A DNA stretch of 62,033 bases, the filler included, from Hausera hauseri (Eukaryota): the NCBI GenBank assembly GCA_046269625.1. It is 12 parts of 12 records of this genome, joined end to end, with 100 filler letters (N's around TTAATTAATTAA, not from the genome) between each part and the next. Parts side by side here need not be neighbours in the genome. Positions count along the whole stretch, not along the records: positions 49,175 to 53,620 come from JBJURY010578116.1; positions 53,721 to 57,959 come from JBJURY010682107.1; positions 58,060 to 62,033 come from JBJURY010846525.1; 9 more parts are not named here. One strand, 5' to 3'. Shown here in pieces: positions 51,449 to 62,033 of the stretch. How positions within the stretch are numbered: the stretch's first letter is position 1; each line of letters starts with the position of its first letter. The notes below the pieces were generated by a model. That model was not told where the DNA came from, did no database searches, and worked only from the letters and a program-made list of their open reading frames with translations. The translations under genes and the position numbers were made by a program.

Positions 51449-52154
51449 TAGTGCATATAATAGTTTAACTATATACATCCAAAATTAAGCAAATTTTGCA
51501 TTATTTTTTGGTTGTCTGACAGAATCCGTGAAATTTTATTGTCTGTCCATTCTTCAGATTTCCATCCTCAGAATTTTCTGATTGTAAATATGAAATCATG
51601 ATAATATTATCTATGTATATGAAAATTTTCACAGTTGGAAATTGGTCACTACAGTAATAGTTCCCTTGTTATATTCAGGAATTTGTAGTGATAATGGTGT
51701 TTAATGAACTGTTGTGATGTTACCTAATAACATAGGGCTGCATCATTCATTAATAATACTACTGATAAGGCTCGGATCCACCGATGGGGCGTTGGGGCGA
51801 ACGCCCGGCATGAAAAAATAACTAAAAAAATTATTACAGAATTAAGAAGTACTGTAATAGAATTAAGTTGTAATACCGCGTAATTCAAGTCGGTCTGCCT
51901 ACCCAAAGACCCAACGAACTAATATATTTAATTTTCCACCGGCCTCCCATACTTGATGTGTCACGTGCCACGGTGTCACATATGTTAAGCCTAGTATTCT
52001 TGTGACGTACTCAATTTCTAAGTTTCTAGCTTTGTCTTAACGGAACACATAGGTACATGTTGGATTCCTACATGTGTGAGTTCCCAAAGGCATCTTCTTT
52101 ATCTTTGTTCTTTCATATAGTAAAGTGTATACTCAATAAGATACTTTACGGTCC

Positions 52155-52379
52155 AGGGGATGCGATCTGAGGATCATAAAATGCGCGAAATTGTTCGGTC
52201 GCCGGGGCTTTGCTCGGACTCCAATGGGAAGCTTACAACGCTTCCCCAGACCTCTAGCTGTTGGGGTGAAGGTTACAACCTCCTCTCAAAGAACCCAACT
52301 CACCTCGGCTCTTCGAGCCACGCTCTTATCGCCTCCGGTGATAATACCCGGAATTTTAAAAATCCTGGATCCGCGCCTG
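52155..52379. mobile_element. GC-rich MITE-like remnant with hAT-like terminus
   Basis: GC island containing CCGGGGCT...GGGAAGCTTACAACGCTTCCCCAGACC.CTAGCT and ending CCTGGATCCGCGCCTG (reverse complement CAGGCGCGGATCCAGG). Confidence 0.5.
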
Positions 52380-52849
52380 GTGGTACATGCCTCGAACCAA
52401 TTTTTACAAATCGATTTACTTGAAAAATTACAAATTTATATTCGTCCGAAATGCGGCATTAGAATAACACTGAATATCTTTAGTAATATTTAAACGCGAT
52501 TACTTTGTTTTGAAGGCTTCACGAATATTTTTCTTGCACATTCTTAAATCTCCATTGGTAGTCTTCAATCAATATTTCCATCCATGATCTGTTGAGAACT
52601 GACTTGTCAATATTTTATTTCATTTTTATATAGTAGCAATTTCTGTACAAATATTTAATTTTCTTTTAATATTCTAACAATCCGAAACATTCATTTATTT
52701 TATGATCGCTAACTCTTTCTAAGTATGTTTCTGCGCTTCTTATATAAAAGTACTGAAGTAATTTGTTGAACACAATAAAAAGTTTTAGCTGGTCTTTGAA
52801 TTTTTACTTTCTACTGACAGGTACGAAGTGGTTTATTCGAGAGACGAGA

Positions 52850-53620
52850 TTGATAATTGGTGATTACAGCGACACATATCTGAAGACAGATGTATTACAT
52901 ATTCGAAAGCTTCAGGAATGCCATTGTGCAGTCTCACAAACTGAGCTACACGTGTTTTTTCACTTTTCAGAGAATATCATGAGCAGCGTTGCTCAGGTAT
53001 AATGGAGTGAAAATTCACATTCATAAGGATTACAACATGATAATGATGCTTAAATGATGGATATATGGAAGAATTTGTAAAGTAGTGAATCGACGTGCAA
53101 ATAATCATTATGTTAATCGTGATGAAACAAAACCGTCATTTTTCATCACATATTTGGATGTCAATAATTTCTAAGGTTAGGTAATGGGCGTCAGTCTTTC
53201 CTACGAAAATTTCAAATGAGTTGAAAATCCGAATAGCATAGATATCACAAGCAGTACAGATGATGCTGAAACAATATTTATCTTTCAGGTAGACATTTAA
53301 TACGATTGACTTCAATATGTAGAACATGACTAGTTGCCTTTTCTACCAGAATCAAAAAATCCACATTACCGAAAATTCAGAAAATTGTTAATCTATCTGG
53401 TTGATAGAGTAGACACGTTGTACATTACATAGACTTGCAACAGACTTCTGAATGGTTCATTGTAAACAAAGTGCATTGGGCTTTTGCAATTCAGTCAATC
53501 CAAATGACTTCAATGGTATATTCAATTCCATTCAGACCTGCGAACATATGTGAAAAACGTTTGCAAAAAATCAACTCTAATTGTACAACAACCATGGAAA
53601 ATATGAGAAACATGCTGCCG
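52850..53620 (+). mobile_element. Second, highly decayed protein-primed polB remnant
   Basis: IGDYSDTYLKTDVL, HKDYNMIMML and LYNN..MENMRN are colinear with the polB at 9210-9985. Confidence 0.7.
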
Positions 53621-53720
53621 NNNNNNNNNNNNNNNNNNNNNNNNNNNNNNNNNNNNNNNNNNNNTTAATTAATTAANNNNNNNNNNNNNNNNNNNNNNNN
53701 NNNNNNNNNNNNNNNNNNNN

Positions 53721-53925
53721 AACTTCCGGCCTGATTGTTTTTACTACTATCAATTCAATCTCATGTACTTCCTTATCCCACTCCACGTTGACTTTTAACT
53801 TTCCCAAACAACCATCACTTTTCGAAAAGGCTCCAGTCAATATTAGAGCGCACTTCGTTAGCTTAAGTTGTCCTATCGCTTTCCAAATCTTTTCACTGAT
53901 TACTGACACCGTGGATCCACTGTAG
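53721..53925 (-). mobile_element. Ty3/gypsy aspartic protease fragment
   Basis: (Y)SGSTVSVISEKIWKAIG...LTGAF...CLGKLKVNVEW. Confidence 0.7.
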
Positions 53926-54142
53926 TGCCTAGGATGTGGCTGCACTGTTTCAGGCTGTCCAATCGGTGAGAGAATTTTCCCCACCATGTGATTATGCGAC
54001 ACAAAAGTTGCATAATATAGCGGGAATCATCGTTAGTGCGAAAGCTGGAGATTCCAGATTTACAGATACTAGAAAGGACGAGCAGGAAAGGTGTATCACT
54101 ATCGAGTCAATGACAATATTGGAATGAAACTATAATTGCCAA

Positions 54143-54322
54143 TGTATAGATCCGTAGAGACGCTGTATATATGTATATATCTATTTTATGTGTATTATGT
54201 ATATAAATTATGTATTGATTATCAATTTGTAATTTTAAGTTTGAATATAACTTTTCTTGTGGATTTATTTCATCATTTCTTGGATTTATTTCAACCTAAT
54301 AAAACATACACTGGTGTCAGAA
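54143..54322 (+). mobile_element. Short LTR (TGTAT...ATACA, 168 bp, AATAAA at 54298) + tRNA-Leu PBS TGGTGTCAGAA (54312-54322)
   Basis: TG...CA with a 5-bp inverted repeat, poly(A) signal just inside the 3' end, 1-nt spacer, then the PBS. This is the standard 5'-LTR layout of gypsy elements. Confidence 0.7.
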
Positions 54323-54347
54323 CCATTGGAATTATTTTGCTAATTAT

Positions 54348-55860
54348 ATGCACATGAATGATCCTAAAACTGCAAATAGAATGACTTATCTCGATCGCAT
54401 CAAAGATGTTTGTCACTGTCGAAATTTGGAAAATATCATTTTAAAGTACCTTTATTCATTGGATGAGATCAGCGATCTGGTGAACAATGTTAACAAATTC
54501 TGTCTATTAGTGGGCGTTATTCAGTGCTTAATGGGTCTACTGCAGTTGGGATATTTGACACGGTATTTGTCAGATCCTCTCTTATCCGGATTTACCGTTG
54601 GTGCATCTGTCCATGTTTTAACGAGTCAGTTAAAATTTTGTTTTGGACTCAACTTCAAAACTATGCCAGGAAATTTTTATGTCGTAAAGACTATATATAA
54701 TATTTTCAAAAGTATTGATAAAACAAACACTCAAACTCTCGTTTTAACTCTATTGTGTATGGCTTTATTGTTCGTTAATAAAGAACTTATCAGTCCTCGA
54801 GTAGTCCCATTGATAAAAGCTCCAATTCCAATGGAACTTGTTGTGGTTGTTTTCTGTACACTTACATACTATTATTTAAAGCTTAATTGGAACCACAGTG
54901 TATTTGTTGTTGGAAAGATCGACCAAGGCCTTCCAATGCCAACTGTTCCAGATTTGAGTAATATTTCCAATTTCATTGGAGATGGAATTATTACGGCCGT
55001 GATTGCATTCTCAGTGTGTACATCATTGGCCAAAATATTTGGGAAAAAACATGGATATGTAACAAACGCAAATCAAGAACTGGTTGCATATGGACTAATG
55101 AATTTTGTATCGTCATTTTTCCTCTGTTACCGCGCTGCCGCATCTCAGTCGATCAGCAGTTCAAGAATCAGTTGGTGGTAAAACGCAATTATCTTCAATT
55201 ATTTCCTCTACTTTATTATTATTTGTTCTACTTTTTATCGGACCTTTATTTTGTACTTTGCCAAAAGTATTTGATATCAACAGTCTTGTGTGTGTATTTA
55301 TTTTGTTTAGTGTATTCTTTCATCGATCATAATTGTTGCATTGAAGGGAATGTTCATGCAATTTGATGAGTTAAAGGAACTTTGGCATTTTTCAATTTGG
55401 GATTTTGGAACTTAGATCATAACGTTTTTCATTATTGCATTTATTAGTGTGGAAATTGGTTTAATTGCCGGTGTTGCACTTTCCATTTCAACAGTGATGT
55501 TTCGAACTCACAGTCCAAATTCACACATTTTAGGGCAAATCGATGGAACGGATATCTACAAAAATGTTGATGTTTCTGAAAAGTGCCAAGAAATTGAAGG
55601 AATAAAAATATTTCGATTCGAAGGAAGCTTGTATTATGAATCCTGTGAACATTTTCGAAAAACGTTATTTACAAAAGTATCATGTGATCCCAGAAAGGTT
55701 AAATATTATATTTCTAAGTACGAGAACAAAATCAGGAAATTGGACGATTCAATCGGAAAGTTGAATAACCAGTATGACGTGGAGATTACCGATGCGCCTA
55801 ATCAGAAATATCCTCGACCGAAAAATTTGAAATTTCCAAGAAATTTAATGGTACTAAAGA
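54348..55860 (+). pseudogene. SLC26 (SulP/prestin-like) anion transporter, internally deleted, with part of the STAS domain
   Basis: LLVGVIQ...LGYLTRYLSDPLLSGFTVGASVHVLTSQLK; PIPMEL; NQELVAYG; LSRSAVQESVGGKTQ; IFRFEGSLYY. The first TM helices are missing; frameshift near 55150; TAG near 55413; retained 44-bp intron 55267-55310. Confidence 0.92.
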
Positions 55861-55864
55861 AAGA

Positions 55865-57959
<2,095 letters not shown>

Positions 57960-58059
57960 NNNNNNNNNNNNNNNNNNNNNNNNNNNNNNNNNNNNNNNNN
58001 NNNTTAATTAATTAANNNNNNNNNNNNNNNNNNNNNNNNNNNNNNNNNNNNNNNNNNNN

Positions 58060-58532
58060 CCAGAAAGATTGGGATGAGTTCTTAGAAGGTACACAGATCG
58101 CCATTAAAACTACGTCACATCCTGCAACAGCATTTGCTCCATTCTTTATGATGTATGGCAGAGAAGCTGCATTACCTACAGATTTAAAACTGATACTATA
58201 TACCACCACAACGGAGGATCTAGAACAGAATTTTGTTGAAGTAATACAATCAAGATAGATGAAATGTTGGGAAATAGCCAAGGAATTATATAGAGAATAT
58301 CAGGAACAATTTAAGAGTCAATACGACAAGAAGGCTAAGCCACACGACTTGGAACCAGGAAACTGGGTTTAAGTACACTATCCAGTGGTGAAGACAGGCC
58401 CGTCTTTTAAATTGACTAAAACAGACAGGGGACCGTATGAAATTGCTAAATCTACGCCAACCACGGTTTATATAAACAAAAACGGCAAAGAGGAACTCAT
58501 ATGGATTTAAAGAGTAGTTAAAACGGAAATAA
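58060..58532 (+). mobile_element. Ty3/gypsy integrase C-terminus with GPY/F module
   Basis: DWDEFL...APFFMMYGREA.LP...YDKKAKPHDLEPG.WV...RGPYEI; contains internal stops. Confidence 0.85.
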
Positions 58533-58585
58533 GACCAAACAAACGCTATAATTTTTGTTCGCGTAAAACAAATAAAGAAAGGAAA

Positions 58586-59860
58586 ATGTCATCTGTAGTG
58601 AAGAGACCGATATCGCATGTGCGAATAGTTCTGGCCTTATCATTAATTGCCTCGTATGTACCGACGGTGAGGTCGATAACTCAAATTGAAAAATTACAAT
58701 ATGCGGCAAGACGGAGGGATATCCAAAACTTACGATCCCTTAGAGTGTACGATATGGATTGGAGTAAGCCATGTGCTTGGTTCAAAGCACGTGAGCCTAT
58801 TCAGAACCATGTGACATTTTAAATAATATTTGTAACTGAATCTAAGTAGAGAACCTGCGATTTTGTGTACGGGACTCATAGGAAGTGTTGCGATTTGGAT
58901 TTCGGACGGAACTATCAATACCGGTTTCAAATGTTTTACTATAACCAACCGGGTGCCCAATCATATATAATTGCTGAAATGGTAATAATAATGTCTAAAC
59001 GGAATGGCATGAATCAAGCCAAGACGGACGAGATAATTCAGAATACTGATCCATTCAAAAGGCTCTTGGATTATAATATTATTGGGATTTATAAGGACTT
59101 AAAGAGCCGATGTATTCGAATTGAAACCAAAGTAGAACTACCAGGAGAACCACTAAACGTCTCAGTTCCTTTTTAACAGTATTGTTTCTTGGGCCGACGA
59201 CGACCCACTTTGTGCTGTAAACTGCAGCTAGGGCAAGCTTACCAATTACAATTCGACTTTTACAATACGTACCCCGGGGAGAGAAGCATCTATCTGAGAG
59301 GATATCGTCCAAAAATCGGAATATGGAAGCTTCCGCCTCTAACCATTACGATGAAATTGTCTACTGCTTCGAGCACAACTTTTGCCATTACGATTACCAC
59401 TTGGGATGGACTACCCGAAGGAAAACGAGGTAGTATACCAGTTAAGATTTTAACGAAAAGTGACAAAATTCTATTCTACGCTGAGGAAACATTAAATTAC
59501 GACGTTAAAATTGAATGTCGTACCCTGTACACCAATCAAATCGTGATCTTAAAAAATAGCCCCGAAGCAGAATGCCAATCGTTACGGCCGCAACATGACT
59601 ATATAGTCAGAATCACTGCGAGGGGTAAGAACCTCAAAACTTATACAGTGCAGACTCTGGATAACAAAGCTGAATAATGCAGTATAAGGGTCTGAGTACT
59701 CAGATTGTGTTCACCACGAATAATTCCATCAAAGAAAACGAATTACCGATAATAGTATATTCAGTTTGTCAATTTTTGTTCTTCTTATATTAATGGCGAA
59801 GATTTTTCTAGTTTCAAAAATTGTAATAAACGCGATAAAAATCAAAGGGGAGATAAACGG
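58586..59860 (+). pseudogene. env-position ORF: signal peptide, three FN3-like modules, TM helix; disrupted
   Basis: ORFs at 58586, 58865 and 59189 share one frame. Hydrophobic IVLALSLIASYV; repeated C..L....Y motif; hydrophobic stretch at about 59745-59815. Confidence 0.5.
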
Positions 59861-60007
59861 GTAAAAGGGTACCAAGACGGACTTTATGATAGCATAACCT
59901 GAGAATTACAGATTAGGTTATCCTATCATCAGACAGCAAAAATGTTTTGCTTCAAAACGATGATCTGGCTTAGGTTTAACCTTTATTTTTATTTTAGCAG
60001 AGTAAGT

Positions 60008-61551
60008 ATGTTCGAGAAGGCGAAGAACTCAACAGTCAGTCCTGAATTTGATATTGATGACTTATTACAGAAACATGTCACCGTTCTCAAACCGCTATCC
60101 AAAAGTTTATGTTGCCAAATTGGAGGAAATCTGAAACCCAAGACTTACCTAGAGTTCAACCAGGAGAGTAAAATACCAAATGGACTAAAATGGGGTTTAA
60201 AAGAGAATCGACTAGTTCGATTATATGCCATGCGAAACCCAAAGGATGCACGAGCGAATTTGTTAAGAAATCTAATTCTATATGAGCCAACACATGAACA
60301 ATTGTACGTACATGTCGCTGATGGGGAAATTCAATACAGGATTGTATGAAAATCCTGGAGTACACAGAAGGGACAGTAATGGAAGTTTAGCACTTACGAG
60401 CTATGTTGCTATAGCCCTATGAATTACGCTCTAGAATTCAGGATCGCAAAACTCCAAACTAAAACCATGATCGAGATGACATGGCGGACAGAAATAATAA
60501 AACCACTACCCCCGTTACTCTATGTATAGAAGCCGTCGGAAGATGATATATAACAAAATGGGGAATCTTATAGATTAGTTCCGGATGGCCGAAACACTCG
60601 AATATTAGCCGTAAACTATGGAGAAAAGAATGACGGATGGTACATTTTGATAGAAGTCTCCATCAGAAATACTAATGGAGAAGAGATTATAAGTAAGATA
60701 ATCGCACCTCGAGCTAGGATTAAGGATACATTTCCCGACGTTACAGGAATTTTCAAAGTACAGCTTGAAAAGGGAAAGGACGTCTTGGAAATCCATGAAG
60801 ATATAAGCCATTGCTTCTACGGATATATTGTTACCGAATTTCAAGTGCACGAAGCATTAGAGCAACTAGGGATTAGACAAGAGCACATAGCCGGAATTTG
60901 GGAATTGAGCAGAAACCCAGCTGTGGTAAGCCAAGTAGAAAACACCTTGATGAGAAAAAGAAATTATCTGAATCCGTCATCAACATCGCGAGAATCGCAA
61001 TTCAAAATGATGCTAGAAGCCATGAATGGCGAACGGTTCAAATTCCCTAAATTGATGTCATTAAGTCAACGAACTAAGTTTATCAAAGAGGTCTATGACT
61101 CGTTACGATGGGATCACGAATGGAATCCCAAAAACTACATGCAAAATGCCATATCCGACAACAACCCTAAGATTGTAATACAAAAATTCCGGAAAGGGTT
61201 TCGTGAATACCCAGGTTACCGACAAATAGAACCCAAGAACATAACCGATTTCGAGTTACCATTTACAATAGTCCAACGGGATCCCTTAACAGCCAACAGC
61301 AACCAACAACCAGTCAAGTCCAAAACAAGACCATGACAGATAATCGAGATGACTCAAGAAAACAGAAGACAAAAACTTCCTTCTTGGAGTATATCAGTAA
61401 AAAGAAAAGCAAACATAGTAAAAATCAGACAGACGAACATACATCGGCGGTCGACAGCCTAATTCTGAAGAAACCGACAAGTGGTCAAAAGGCAAAATTG
61501 GACCAACAAGAAAAGAATGAAAACAACGAAAATCAGTTAAAAAACCGCTAA
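60008..61551 (+). CDS. Additional unknown ORFs 3' of the env-position ORF (60008-60349, 60647-61336, 61333-61551)
   Basis: Long same-strand ORFs in AT-rich DNA; no recognisable motif. Confidence 0.4.
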
Positions 61552-62033
61552 AAACGGATCGCTCAAGACGGAAGTTAATGTTCTTCGAAAGAACTGGAAG
61601 GAAGATACTCCAATTATAGTTACAGAATTCGGTCAAGTAAAAGAATACAAAAGAATCCTTGTCATGGCCGAATATTATAGCAAGGGAAAAATCAAAGAGG
61701 TTATATTTTACGTATTTACGGTTCCTAGAAGAATAGTAAGCGGCAACGGATATTCCAGAGAAGATACCACCATTGGCAGATACTTAGCCCCAATATTTCA
61801 GTCGAAGAATGGTACCAATCAATTAACAATTCCGTAAATAAACAAATTAGAATCCAACTTGTTGGCTGCGTGCGCATCAACACCGTCCACGTCATCGCCC
61901 AACCGGGGTAGGATTTTAAAATACCAACTCTCTGGTATGCCTGCTGAATCAGAATAGGATCGTTTGAGATTACTCATTGAAAAGTAAACACCAGTAGAAA
62001 TTTTTATTATAATCCAAATTATTTATTTTGAAA

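Overview
This window is not one locus. It is 12 unrelated 4-9 kb contigs (1-4170, 4271-8384, 8485-12865, 12966-17364, 17465-22485, 22586-28260, 28361-35140, 35241-44464, 44565-49074, 49175-53620, 53721-57959, 58060-62033) joined by an artificial 100-bp linker (N44-TTAATTAATTAA-N44), so adjacency across linkers means nothing. The source is an AT-rich invertebrate animal with very short (43-56 bp) GT-AG introns; a teleost-like epiplakin/plectin fragment hints at a fish-associated organism (inference). Most of the DNA is decayed mobile sequence: several Ty3/gypsy retrotransposons (three CsRn1-clade-like copies), two protein-primed polB remnants, DDE transposase and Penelope GIY-YIG remnants, and a 5.7-kb (TTCG)n satellite. 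Host genes include a divergent pair of C-type lectin/PAN genes, SF3A1 and a disrupted UBR1/2. The most striking signal is a short LTR-like unit plus tRNA-Leu primer-binding site (TGGTGTCAGAA) followed not by gag but by a same-strand chimera of four host genes (SLC26, axonemal dynein heavy chain, ATP-citrate lyase, KIFAP3) whose junctions preserve the reading frame. The same PBS recurs twice more in front of other host-gene cargo (UBR1/2, CSE1L), suggesting non-autonomous LTR elements that capture and concatenate host gene fragments. A gypsy element with an FN3-like membrane protein in the env position is a second candidate novelty. All family assignments are from motif recognition by eye; no searches were run.
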